Shown piece after piece: positions 43,656 to 58,300 of a DNA stretch of 64,000 bases. The stretch spans positions 6,311,422-6,375,421 of the forward strand of contig NW_003526941.1 in NCBI RefSeq assembly GCF_000181795.1, given 5' to 3'. This stretch comes from Trichinella spiralis. Its lineage: Eukaryota. How positions within the stretch are numbered: the stretch's first letter is position 1; every line of letters starts with the position of its first letter. Under the pieces are notes generated by a model. The model was given only the letters and a program-made list of their open reading frames with translations, was not told where the DNA came from and ran no database searches. A program made the translations under genes and the position numbers.

Positions 43656-44261
43656 TTTCATAAAGTTAATTCTAAATCATAACTGGTTAATCTCTTTATT
43701 CTTAAAAATGAAATTTTCAATTTTCAACAAAAATTTTCAATCCTACAGTATTTTAAAAGCAATCAGGTACAAGATACTATTTTACAAAAATAACAGTATA
43801 TTGCTAACTAATACTAATACCTTTACTGTTCCATTAGGTATAATATAATAATATCAATCATGATGGAAAAATTAAATTTGGACAATCAATAATCTTGAAT
43901 ATTAATTTGATTGTATTCAAATAAAAAAAATTTGGAAAACAAACTTGGATAAAAAAATTAAAACAGAGTATCATTTTTCTTTTCCTGTGCATCGTGTTTC
44001 GATGAAATCGATCATGTTCAGCGATTATTTCATGCAAAAATGACAGATGAATGAAACAAATGTGAAAAGCAGGTTCATATAAGACAAGATCTCATTGCAT
44101 GATCATTCAACGAGAACAACTGCCGATAGAAGTGAATGAAATGGGTATGCATGCAAAAATCTTCAATAATATATATATACATATATATTCAGTGAAAATA
44201 AAATCACGTTGAAGTTTTAAATTAAAAAAAAAAGAAAGTAAAAACAAAAGCAGAAACTGAA

Positions 44262-47200
44262 TCAAAGCATGTTTCCGGTAGGTTGGGTAGGCGTTGGTGT
44301 GGTCGGTGTCTGAGGGTGCAGTGGTGGAGGGCCTACGGTTGTGAACGACGACCCAGCTGAAAAGAAAGATGTGGACGGGGAAAGTGATGTGGACGCGCTG
44401 CAACCAGCAATCGACGTGGGAACAACAGCGACCGCAGAAGATTGTGCAGTTTTGGTCGATTCAGTTGTGGTCGAGCAGTTGCGGTGCGCGCCGGATAAAT
44501 AACTCAGTATATCCACAGGAAATGGAAATATGACGGTCGAATTGCGTTCAGCTGAAATTGTAGTCAGCGTTTGCAAATATCGAAGCTGCAACGCCGCCGG
44601 AGATTGACTAATGATGTCCGCCGCCTCTTTCAAAGCCTTGCTTGCCTGCTGTTCACCGTCCGCCGCTATTGCCTTAACAATAAATAATACACATGTGAAA
44701 TTGCAACGGAACAGGATAAAACTTATCTTAACAAAAAAATTTTCTCTCAATTTTATGATCATCCAAGAATAAAAGAACAGATTAAACGTCGTTGGTGCAC
44801 CTTGAGAAATTATATAACAAATTTCACAAATAACAGCAATAACATGAATATTTCAAATTTCAAAAAATAAATAAACCAATGAAAATTAAAAAAAAAGTTT
44901 TAAGAATCAAAATATACAATTCAAAAAATGATATAATGATTACACGGTTTCCCGACTGCAAATGCATGCCATTAAAAAACAGTAAAATGAAAGAAATATA
45001 CATAATAAATTTGATGAAAATGAAAATTATTCTACCTTAGCCCTCGCTTCGCGAGTCGCTTCCGCTTCAGCGGCCATAGCGCGTTGCAATTGTACAGGCA
45101 AGCGCACATCTTTCACTTCCACACGTTCCACCTTCACTCCCCAAGGATCAGTTGCTTCATCCAAAGATGTCTGAAAAATAAAATTACTTACTTACTTACT
45201 TACTTGATCAGAATATAATTTCAAATATTCCAATATGATTATAAATATGAACAGATTTAAATATTTCTAAATAACAAAAATCAAATCTGCACAATCGATT
45301 GGAGAAAAAGCAAAAGCCTTGTGCCTTCACAATGAAACCACTACTCCCTCTCACCTGCATTGTTTGCGAGATCACCTCACGATCGCAAAGAATTTCCGTA
45401 AGCGTCTTGGTGCCGAGAATATTGCGCAGAGTGGTTTGTGCGAGCAGCTTCGTACTGAGCATAGCGTCTTCCACGTTTATAACAGAAATTGTAGCATTCG
45501 AGATGCGTGAATAGACAACTGCATCCACGGCCACAGTTACAGAATCTTTGGAAAGAATCTAAAAAATAAAATTCAGATTCTCCAACAGTTGAATCCAAGA
45601 TATACAAGATGACGCGTCTGATTCGAATCAACAATTTAAAAACGTACCTCTTGTGGCGGAACATCGAATGACACTACCCTGAGGTCAACTTTGCGATAAG
45701 TATCCGTACATGGATTGATGAAAAATATGCCTGAAAATGAGATCATTTTAAAAAGCATAATTCCAATTAAAATTTTTTACTCCAACCGACAATGAACAGC
45801 CGCACAAACACACACGAAAAAGAATACGTAAAGTTTAAAGAAAAAATCAATTGCAATAACAATGGTTTCAAAAATTCAATTTGTGAAATGAAACTTGAGC
45901 AGGCACCAAGCATGTCGAATCAAATATGCATTGAAATTTGTTCATCCTTTCACCAAGTTCATGGATAGAGTTTAGAATAAAAAATTAAGCAAAGCATAAA
46001 AACAACCTATATATGCCCCATTATCATGCGCTACCATTGAACAAAAAACATTTATCTCGCATCGGAAAAAAAGAAAATTCTCTCCTAATGTTGAAAGGAT
46101 TTTTTACCTGGTCCTCTAGCGCCTCCTGGTAAAAGACGGCCGAGTCGAAAAATAACTGCTCGTTCATATTCTTTTACAACCTAAATCAATAAACGAATTA
46201 ATTTTAAATCAAACCAACAATAATACATATTATATCTAGGTGAAATTTCAATCGATTAAACATTAAAAACAAATTTACCTACAGATAGGCAAGTTTAAAA
46301 TATAGTAAAGGTAGCATTCAGAAAATGCTAGTGCAAATTTAAAAAAAAACAAGTAAATAAGAATGCCTTCACTTACTGTTAAGCAAAAAAATAAAGAGAA
46401 TGGAAGCGTTAGTGCTAATATAAACCAAGAAAACACTATCAATAGCCAATGACACGGACCAAAGTCGTCATCTTTGTCCCCTGAAACAAGAATGCCTTAA
46501 ATAACAAAAAAGCAAGAAAACGACTCAATTTATATATATATATAACAAATTTTTTTTTCAAAATTTTATATTGATTGCAATATTCGTGTACCGTCTATCT
46601 GGTGAATATAATTTCATCAATATAATTTCTCATGATGAAGGCCAATTATGATTTTCACCAAAGACTATTACCTTCACGGATTGAAGTTACAATTGAGTTT
46701 ACTTGACTGCGTTGCAGTGATAATTCCCAAGCGTGTTTTGGCACAAATAAATATCCATCTATGAATGAAGAATACAAACTAAATCTATTTATGTCGGTTG
46801 CAAATTGTTCAATGACAAAAATGCCTCTATGGAGAGAAATGGAAAATGTCACTGATTTAAATTTCATATGCAAAATAATTTTAACATGAATCGACCTCCT
46901 CAACCGAGCTAAATATCAAAGGAATTGAACAACAACCCAACTTTTCTACCCAATCAATCGTTTTAAATAATAAATATTTGATCAGTTCAATTTTTTTCCA
47001 ACGTCGAATGATTAAAAATATATGAAAAATCCTTTTACAAAAGATATACCAACTGCTAAATTTATTAAACTAATAACAGCATACAGGCACTTTAAACTGC
47101 ATTCAAATAATAGCATAGCATAGCACTGCATAGTATAGAGATAATTTCATTAATAGATTTGAAAATTTTGCATTCACTGTTATGAAATATTATGCTATAT

Positions 47201-50200
47201 GATTTGAGAGAAATTAATTACAATTCCATGTCAGAATTACTGCTAGAGGAAAATTTGCTCCAAAATTGTTCATGCTAGCACATCAAGTAGTCGTCTATAA
47301 AGCAAGTTGAAATCAAAACTACTGCCTGAATGAGAAAAGACATATGCGCTGAAGAGAAAGACGAAATGAATAGAAGACATAACAAAATGATTAGAATGAG
47401 AACACGAAATAAAATAATAAAAAAAGACAAATAAACAAAAATTCTAACAAATATCTCCAATAAACAGCAATGAATTTGAACTGAACCGTATATAAATGAG
47501 TTCAGTAAGAAGAAAACGCATTCTCTTCAATTTTCAGTCAGTCAGTCAGTCAGTCCGCACGCTAGAAGAAACCTTCTGTTTCACACATGCTCGCTAAAGC
47601 GATTAATCTGTTTCGCAAAATTAGAGTCAATAAGAATAATGACAGCATAAATGATGCAAAATAAATCACACTAATCTTCTTTATGCAACTAAAAATCCTT
47701 GTGAGAGAAATAAATCATGCTCAAATAAAGAAAAATAATTTTTTCTTTAAGCTGCGGTAAATTGAAATTTGCTTCTGTGGCAACATATATGAAAATGAAA
47801 TGAAATTCAAAATCCAAGGGATTTTCTACTGCTACTACTACTCTCGATTAACCTATAATTTCAGCGACGAAAAAATTTCCATTTCTGTACTACATATCAC
47901 TTGAAAAGGTTTTCGTAAAATAATCAACTGCAACGAATACATATTTCTTCATGAACAAAAGCAACAAAACATTAAAAAAAATCACTTTAAAAATTCTTTT
48001 TCTTCATTGTTACTTAAAAGCAGCTTTACATAAAAAACAATTGAGATTCTTTTCTAAAAAATAAAAATAGTGAATCGCCAGTTTTTTAACATGGAAAATG
48101 ATAATTATTAATAATTTTGCGCAATTTTAGCTATTTAGTGTAAAATATTTATTCTTCGTGTGAGTGATCAAAAACTCTTATTTGTACAAGTATACCCCCG
48201 CTCCCCCCCCCCACACACACACGTTACTTTGAAGAAGTGCTCATTTTAAAATTACCGTGATTCATCATGAAAATCGTCGTCTTTGAAATAAGACAACATT
48301 CGGCCTGGTAACAAACAACTAGACGTGAAAATATTTTTTCAAGCTAAAGAACTGATTTCAATCACTGATAAAGCGACGCAAGTGCAATGCTGACTCAAAC
48401 AACACAAATGTTTTCATTGCTTACCGGTTAGAGCTAACAAAGCGAATTATAAATATGCATATACATATATACAAGCATATTTTCTCTCTATCCCCCTCTC
48501 TCAAATCATCACTAAGCAGTAAAAACAACAAAATTTCCACAAACCTATATATATATATATTCGGATGTTACATTCAAACTGAATTTCAAAGAGTTTGGTT
48601 TAAAAAAAAATAGAATAAAATAAATTGTATACCGAGGTAGTCAGGTCGATATTGCTGAAAATTGTATGCAGGATCGACAGATTGCTTTGCGGCCATCTAA
48701 AACGACGGACTTGTTGGATCCCAGAAAAGAAGTACGTTGCGCAAGCTGAACGTCAAATTTCTTCAATATAACGTCACAAAAAATAAATAAAAATTTCTAG
48801 TATCGCTGATTGCAAAAATTTAAGTCAACATTTTTCTCTTCTCACCCCCTCTATGCTTCTCTCCCACTTTTAACTATAGAAAAAAACGTTCACTTCCTTC
48901 TTATTTATTTCCAAGAATCCTGTGCTTTTCTGTATAAAAAAATGAATAATATCATTTTTGAATAAAATTACTGAAAAGAGAGAAATGAAGAAATATAAAA
49001 ATGATCGCTCAGCAATGAGTGACAACAACGGCAGATCAAGTCGCACGCTTCATCGACATTAGCTATTTTATTATAACGTTGCTGGAAGAGTTGGCAATTT
49101 GGAGTAAAATTTATTCGCTGAAACGTCAGAGAGGTTGTTCCATTGCGCTCCAAGTGACCGACCCCACCCGATTCGAACATCCACACCTCAGCAGCCACTA
49201 GCATAGCTGGCAATCTCCCCATCTGTAAAAGCGCCATCTATCTGAACCCGAACAACAACCAATGCCTGTTGCGGTTGGGGTTGTTGTTGTTGTTGTGCAA
49301 CGTTGGGGTAGTCAAATGGAGAAAAAGCAAAGTCGAAAAGCAGAGTAAAAAAAACGAATAATATGATAGAAAAAAATAACAAGAAGAGCCTTCTTCAACG
49401 TATATCCCCTTCCGGAAACGATCAATTCATCAACGAGCTTCACAGTGCTGATCAATCGATCGCTTCAACAATGCCTGTGCAAAAAATCAACGCCTTCTCG
49501 ACCAGCTGCAATTTCAACTTCTACCGTCAGCGGTTTTGACACTCTTGGAACTTTTTCATTAATAAAAATATCATTTCTACACTTGTATCAATTTTTATAA
49601 TTGCTCAATCAAACCGCATCGATCAATTTCTCTTTGAATAAACAAATCAACATTTTAAACTATTCAACACATCTCTATCTATCTATCTATTTATCTATTC
49701 AGGTAAATATATTAAAAAACTGAAATTAGTCGATTGTTTGTGTAAACGGTTTGTATTTGAAACAAAATAAAACATGCATATTATTACTATTATTATTATT
49801 ATTATAATTTAGAGAATTTATAATTTTCGTCATTTTTGCGCAGCATAAATAAAATAAATATAAAAAATATTGAATATGTTGCGTTTCAATGAGTGCCATG
49901 AATAATAAATACAGTTTCGATTAAGCAATATAGATTTGTTATTTGCAAGTATAACTAACTCTCTTTTCACAAAAGAAACCTGCAGCAGCATGTTCAGCAA
50001 TGCAAATGAACAATGAATGCTAGGGAAAGAAAAAAGGGGGAAAGCAATGCAAACGTTGAAGCATCATTACAAAGGAAAATGGACAAATGTTATGATAATT
50101 GTTGTGGACAAAAAAAATCAATCAACATGTCGAAGAAAGCTTGTAGTAGGCTAGTCGAAGAATTATAATAGAATGATCGCAGAAATTAATTTCTATTTGA

Positions 50201-52319
50201 AACGAAAAATGGTCGCTGAATCGATGAAGTAATAAAATTTTCATATTTTACGCTAGAAGCGAAGCAGCACTGGTGAATACTTTTGCAAAAATATTTCTTT
50301 CTTAGCAGAGTTGCTAACAGAAATTACATTTCATTTTCCCTTTTATATTTTCTAAACTGGTGCCCAAAATTTTCGCATAAAATCCCGTGATTTCACACTG
50401 TTGTGTCACAGTTCCACGTGTAAAGAACACCACTAACCATTGGCCATCATTTCATCAAATTGAACACATTTTCACAACGACAAATGACCACGCTTCATCA
50501 AAATATGCTCAACGCATAAACTCGATACGCGCAGCATAAAAATGCCCATCACTATGATTAATTGTTTACTGAACATGACGCGCCAAACACATATTCCAAG
50601 ATAAAATTTTCAACAACAACACGCAAAGCCGTTCATTTTCATCACCGACCGCCCTTAAATAATGAGAGATAATGCGCTATTAAAACACTTAATGATTATG
50701 ATGGTTATTCCATGTAAAAAATTCAGTTTAATCTCATTTAATAGTTCAATGCATCATCATTATCTATTCAAATGAAATATCACACCCTTTAAATAATATA
50801 AAATAACAAAAATAGTTGACGTATGAATTGAAAAGTTTTCAAATTCAAGAAAAAAATTAATTTCTGTTTTCAAATAAATCAAAAGAAAGTTAAATCAATC
50901 AAAACTGATAACAAATTAAATATAAACAAATATGTGTAATGCCTATTATTGATGGTGAATTAATTACGTTTCTGTTATCTGAATGCAGTCACAATTAACA
51001 CAGACCATCCTCTCTGCCCATTACAATGAATGCAATGACAGCAAACATAATAGAACTAGCTGATCTGATTGATCGCCATCATCCCAATATCCTTTGATCA
51101 TGTAGTTTATACATAAATATATAAACAGATGCTAATATTGAACGGTACATAATTTGTTATGGCAAATTGAAAACGAATTCAACAATCCACTGAAGCGGAA
51201 AGTTATCTATGCAAGACATCGTGTGAAGGACATAAATTTCTATCACAACACAACATAAACATTTTTTTCGTAATTTCGTAACAACTAAACAAAAGTAACA
51301 ATAACAAATAAACAAAAAATGACGCAAGAGATTAGCTACGATAAAACACTGGCAATAAATTATGACTGCCTAATTCTAGAGTATTTCAAAGTGAATAATA
51401 CAAATCAAGTTAGAAATAAACAAATGAATATAAAACAACTGCTAATAAATTATTTTCGTGGATTTATGCAAGCTTCTGTACAAAAAAGTTACTCATCATC
51501 AACATATAATTTCCTGACAAAATGCGCGCTGCAATAAAGTTGAAAATTTATCAAACTTGAATACTATAATCATACTGTATTCGTATGCATAATTCATGCA
51601 AAACTAAACGGTTTCACTACTTTTGAAATAAAATATCTATCATTCACAATCAATTACATTTTGTAAAATTAAATTCAAATATTTCGGTGAATTTTTTAAA
51701 TAAACGTCAAAGAATTACCTCACCTTACAACTATTTCAAGTATATAACAAAAGAAAGCAAATTTTCAGTATTAAATAATTATTGTCAAATGTTAGAACAT
51801 TTTTCAAAAATAATATGTATGTACCAGTAAAAAAGTGCATGCAATTTGTTGATAAACCATCGTGTCCAGAAACTGACAAGAATTAGTCGTGTGCTTCAAT
51901 AAAACAAAACATTACCCTGAGAAGATATCCATCGTCAGGTAAAATAATATGCTCAAGGATTAAATTAGATTAGAGTTGAGCTCGCGGAAGCTAGTTTCCG
52001 TCACGTTCACTTGATCAGTGCTAACGCTAACAAGCACTTGAAATTCAATCAAATACGCCTTGATAAGTTTCAATCATAAACACTAACTTATAAGCAAGCA
52101 TTTTCAGAAAAAAACTGTATGGAAATAGGAAAAACTAAAATAAAAAAGAAAGACAGAAAGAAAGAACTTACCTGGATATTTAATTAACGCTGCCGATGGC
52201 AAGCCGTGAAAACCAGGTGAAGAGGCAATTCTCATTGGGGTGACATGCTGAGTCAGAACTATCTGATCTTCGTTGAGCGGTATCCGAACCTCTTCACAAA
52301 CATCCCGATCGTCAGCCAT
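44262..52319 (-). CDS. mec-2: Stomatin/band 7 (SPFH) protein, MEC-2-like, multi-exon
   Basis: Membrane hairpin [147 protein letters not shown]-rich tail. First exon 52319-52172 splices in phase 1 to 46480. Stomatin family is certain; mec-2 orthology is likely but untested. Confidence 0.9.
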
Positions 52320-55300
52320 CAGTGATATTCTACTTTAGAAGGTCTGCCTGCTGATGATATTCATCCTCTGCCACCTTCATTTATGTTCATGCAGAATTGT
52401 CTGCACCTACATACAGCGCACATTTGTAGCTCAACGTAAACTAGGACGTCTCCAATACCAATTCAAATTCAAGCTTATCCAAGCAACAAATTCAGCGTCG
52501 GTGACTAAACGTCAGATGTTACAGTGAAAATGTTCTGAAATTAAGAAAAAACCATCCGGTCAGAATGCACGTCAATTGACAATTTGTCAACAACACCATC
52601 ACCACCACCAACAACAACAAGAATATGAATAAGCATGAGAAATGATAGCAAAGCCTTGATTTATTTCAAAATTCATCTCTATATTTCAGTTCTATTTCTA
52701 ATCAAAAGTCAAATTTTCATCTTACTGACCATCGATGTGGAGAAAACCATGAAATGAAAATTAATATTTACAGCAACCTTATTAATCACGAAACAGTTTG
52801 TTTAATTAATTATTTACTACTCTGAACAGCTGGAAACGATGTAATATTACACTGAATAACCGTTGGAAATAAAATCATAAAACTGCATTTCAAAATTTAC
52901 CAAAAGATAACAGCAACTTCACCTTAAAATTAATTAACTCTGTCCAAATGAAATTAAAATAAAATTTACTTCAAATCAATACTTATATTACACACACACA
53001 TACGCGCGCACACCCACAAACACACACACACATATATATAATATAAAATTCAAAATTTAAAACATCTTAACAAAGGGTGAAATTTAGATAATGCAGACAA
53101 CTTACAAACGTAAACATTTTCTAAAAACAAGAACTGCTCATTTATCATGTCCATTAATAATATCCATCTGCCAATATTACGCTTACTTCACAAACAGCCA
53201 CAGATATCATCAGCTAGAATGAGTATTATATTCTCAATCTCAGCTATATTTCAAGTAATAAACACATTTTTCTTGAATTTCTCTAGCAGGCGAAATGGAA
53301 AACTTAACTGTATAGAATACACAATTACAAATAACGAAAAATAATTCCAATATGTTTTTTCGCAATACATTCCAGGAGAAGAATAAATTAGCGTGAGATC
53401 TACTTACATGACAATTAACTTCTTCTCATAAAATTCGCATATAAATTCATCAATAAATAAATATTGCAGAATTGTTCAATCAAATTTCCATTAAACCAAA
53501 AATTTAAAATGACTAAACAGAACAACGGAACCGGCTAAAACATTAAATTGAATTAAACATTCGACAACAAATAAGTAACCACTTCAATCAAATAGATATA
53601 TATGGACAACTTTTTCTTCTGAAATATTCATTCAGCTACATTACGTTTCCTTGATAATGAAATTTACAAAACAAAGGACAATTTAATTTGTGAAATTCAA
53701 AAAAGAGACTAATCATCGCTTTATCTGCAAGAAAACCACGTTCTGCTATTCTACATCAGAGGAACATATATATATGTATAATTATAGGGAATGTAAAAAA
53801 TACGACGCACATCAAATCCATACAATTTGGAATATTTCACAAATTAACTATAAGAGCTTAATATTTAAATTCTGAATCATGAGGAGAAAAGTTTTAACAA
53901 AATTTATATTATAAAAATGAGCATAATAACATAAGAATAAAATAACCAAAAAATTTTCATTATATTCATAATTATATCAGTTATAAATAAATAAAATGAT
54001 ATATAACTACAAATACAACTACAATATTCAAGGTGGGAATTCAGAAGAGGAACTTACTCATAAAATTAAACAAGTATAATAATAATAATAACATATTCAT
54101 CATGTGGTGAAAATGTGAACACACGAAATAGTAGTAAATGAAAACCAGTATAAGCAACAAGCAAGAGAGATTTTCGAGGAATGACGGTAAGAAAAAGAAA
54201 ATTTTAAACGCGCATCGTCCAACATACCAATGATCAATAAAAATTCCTCGTCCCAGAGGAATGCCTCTATGGCCACCTGCGATAAGATGCTTTTTCTTAC
54301 TTTAAACATTCCTCGATGAAAGGAAGATTCAAAGCAAAATATTTGCACAATATTTTTAAAAGAGAATTTCTGCTCATAAATTAAGCGTATACTTAAGAAA
54401 CGTTACTTTTAAAAGCATATGAGAAAAAAACAAAAAAATTTTTCCCCTCCAAACTCAAACTAAATTCCACACTCTATTTTGCATCAATAATTGCATCATA
54501 AATTAAATGATGACGAACTGAACATTTTCAAATAACTGATCCAATAATAAATAATGAAATTCAACACGAAAATCTTTCATAAAAAGCTAATAAAACAAAA
54601 AATCCATACCCAGAAAGATGAAACACTGACAAATATACGCACATAAATCAGAAAATGCATAATTCGAAATTTGCAAATCACGAGCAATGTGTTTCTGAAT
54701 TGTGATGTTGCAAAGTTGTTGTTTTTTTTTTTAATTTAAAATGAAGCAAATCGAATACTTCTCACTTTCAGAATATCTCTGGCTATTTTCAAGTTCTATT
54801 CACAAAGTTATTCAACTTAAAATGTGTTATGTTAAATCAGTAAACATCGTTATGACGAGTAGGTGTAACAGTAAACAAAAAGTAAATAAGAATGTCACTT
54901 ACGGTAAATCAAATTTCAATTATTTCAGAAGGTACCTCATAGTTAGTCATCATATCATGTCAAAAGCGCAAATGTATACAATAATTTGACAAATTCATTT
55001 CTTTTTAAATCAAACATGCAATTATCAAAATATTATTTATTCATGCAATTTCAATGGTATCTGAATGTCAGAAATGTAAGTAAAAATAAAAAAGAAAAAG
55101 AATAATGACAATCTAGACAAACTCAAACAACCCCACGTAAAAGCTACTAATCCTATCTCATAAAATAAAGAACAAAAGTTAAAATCAATAATAAATTCAA
55201 CAATCGATGAAAATAAAAATTCACTCGTGCTTTCAAAAATCATCTCCCCCCCTTACTGTATAGTTTTCAAAATGACAATAAGCATGTATAATAAATACAG

Positions 55301-58300
55301 CCTATTCTAATAATTAAATCGAAAAAGTTTCATTTGAATTTAAATACAATAATCATACTGAACAGAAATCCTCATTTACTAAATGAATAAAATCAATAAC
55401 AACTGAACATAATCATCTTAATTTGACAATTTTCATCCACTGCTAATTTGCATAACTAAATAATATCGTAATTAAATTACAAATTTTCCTTTTTCACTTA
55501 TTTTTAATCTGTTCACATCAATTAGATTAAGAAGGATTGTTAATAACTTCTGAACTTTGCAACTTTCCCATATTTATCAAAATAAAATAACTTATCGTTT
55601 TACAAACTGAAATAATAATAACATAATTTGAGAAAAAAAAATATTTTTTTTGAAAATAGAAATTCTCATTTCAATATTTTCTAGCCAATTATTTCGGTTT
55701 GATCACTGTTGCAGATCATGCGCAAAAATTTGCAATTCACACATGCACACACACTCGCTCGTATTGCACACTTTACATGATCACATTCATTGTGGCAAAA
55801 CAAGCGAAAAAATCATCTCATCAATATATTGTTGCTTTGAATCAGAGAAGAAACTTCAAAATCAGCACTGTAAAAAATGGAAATACTGTCGATGCAATAA
55901 TTAAAAAGATAACATGCAAATACAAAAAATATTCAATTCTCCAATTGCAAACAATTATAAAAAGTTAAAAATATAACTCAAAAGCATAAATCAAAGAAAA
56001 TAAAAAAAATTTTTTTTTAAATAAATATGCAACCACAAAAAAGAAAAACGTACAACTTTTTGAAGAGAATACCTGAGAGTATTGTTTTCCTTCAAAAATA
56101 CTGTAGTCTTGTTTTATTGTATTAGTACTGTTATTGAGTGGAAAATTGCCAACCGCGCCTGGTGGAACCACAAGATCTGTTGAAGTTGAACAACACCACA
56201 CGCTCATCCGTTCCAATTCTCAGATTGTCGAATCAAATGTCGCTCGACCGCTTGATCAAAATTGAATACAATCTTCCGTAATTAATGTTCCATTTCATCG
56301 TGCTGAAAATCGATTCAGATTGGAGGATACAAGCGAAAAGCTTGCCTGGACAACAAAAGTATTAATCCCGACGGAATGGACGCGTGAAATTTTTCACAAA
56401 AAAGCGACACCGACTAATTGTACAAATTGGCTAAGAATTCCTTGGCAAGGAAAATCTAATTTCCACCGTTCCAGTAGGAAGTGAAATCGACGGACCGGTA
56501 AAAATGCTCGAATCGGAAAACAGTGTGGGGTGTGGTCTTCTCTCTTCTTTTCTCCTTTGCTCGAACAACATTTCTCTCCCCCTCTCTTAATTCTTGTGCA
56601 GTGAAATAGGGAAAATTGCACTGCTGTGAACAGACAAAGAAAAATGCAAATCTGATCATCATTACAGTTGCTTCGGTTTGATTTTCATCCAAATTTGTAC
56701 ATTTGACTTTGTTTGAAGGTAAAATTTTCCAATCCATAAAATATGATTCGACTTTACAAAATTCATAATTAATTTGAAGTGAACAATGTTTTGTCTTTGA
56801 AATTTCAAAAAAAAGCAATTCAATTATAAAAATTGTCAAAATAAAATTACTTCTGCATACTGTTTGTCTTCAATTACTGTAGCAATTGTTTCAGCAACTG
56901 GGGATAATTATTTCATTTATCAAAACTGAAAAAATTCAAAAGTAAATAAATTATTCAAAAATTAATTCCATAAAACAGTCGAAATTCAGAACATTCCATT
57001 CAGAAAATTTTCATTATTTTTTCAAAATACAATTACAGGAAAATATAAATTTCTTTTCTTTAAAAATATTATTAATAATCAAGTAGAATTGAGTAAAAGT
57101 GTAATTTGCATAAACTTGTTGCTGAATATTAGCAAGAATTAGAATGCAAACACAAATAATATATTCTTTTAAACTGTGTAGTGTATTAAAAATGAAATTT
57201 ATGGACGTTTAAACTTTTTTTTTTCAATTACAAAAATAAGCGTGCAACCTATTGAACTTCACAACAAGATCAACATTGATAAACAAGGGATGCACATCTT
57301 CTGACTGATGACATTTAGACAATGTTAAAATTGGTCAACATTTTCAATAATTCAATGCCAATTAGCAGATGGACGACCAGAAAAATTAACAAAGCTAACG
57401 TGTCAAGTCCAGCTTCCATTGTAGACTGGTAATTAATTAAAATCTGCCATTATCATATTGAAAAAAATGTTCCAGAATGATCAGCATAAGAAATGCTGAT
57501 CGATGAAGCAAGCATTAAGCAGAAGAATAATTACACGCGAATCACAAGAAATTGTTTACAAAAGATCATTAATGAAAGAACATGAGCAAAAATGAAGAGC
57601 CGAACTGCTTTCCTGAAATCAATGAAAAAAACAGCCAACCAAACATACAACTTCACTCAAAAATAGTGAATTTGTTGTGTTAAAAAAGACAGATAATTTG
57701 CAAACACAAATAATATATTTAAGCATTTTGCTGTAGAAAAAAAAATATACATCCATGATTCACATTTAAATCGATACGAAAGCGAATTCTTGTAGCTGCA
57801 TGGTAAGCAGTTGGAAATTGAATTAGAATCAAGCATGACACGAAAAACATAGTCAAACGACCTGTCAAAATCAAACCTTACTTACATACTTACTTACTAG
57901 AAAAGAATTTTGAACAAATTTTCAAAATGGGCAAATCTAATTCCCATCAGAATATAATCGAACCTGATAATAATCTAAGTGAAAAGTGAATAAATTCAAG
58001 TAACAATACTTGCAAGTATCAGATGAAATACATCGTGTGCAATATCGAAAGATAGTCATCATATCATGTGATGTGAAGAAAAAACAATTTGATGATCAAT
58101 TATGAGAATGGTAGCGCAAAATTGGTAAATAATTAACAACCAAGTGAAGTTGACAATGAAAAATGCAATTCACTCTGAGATGATTAATATAAAATTGAAA
58201 TTAAATAAATCTCTAAAAATACAGTGCAAGTGAAATGAACATATAGCAAAGAGCAAGAAAAGTGAACATGTAAAATTCAAATTTCTAAACAAAACAAGCA

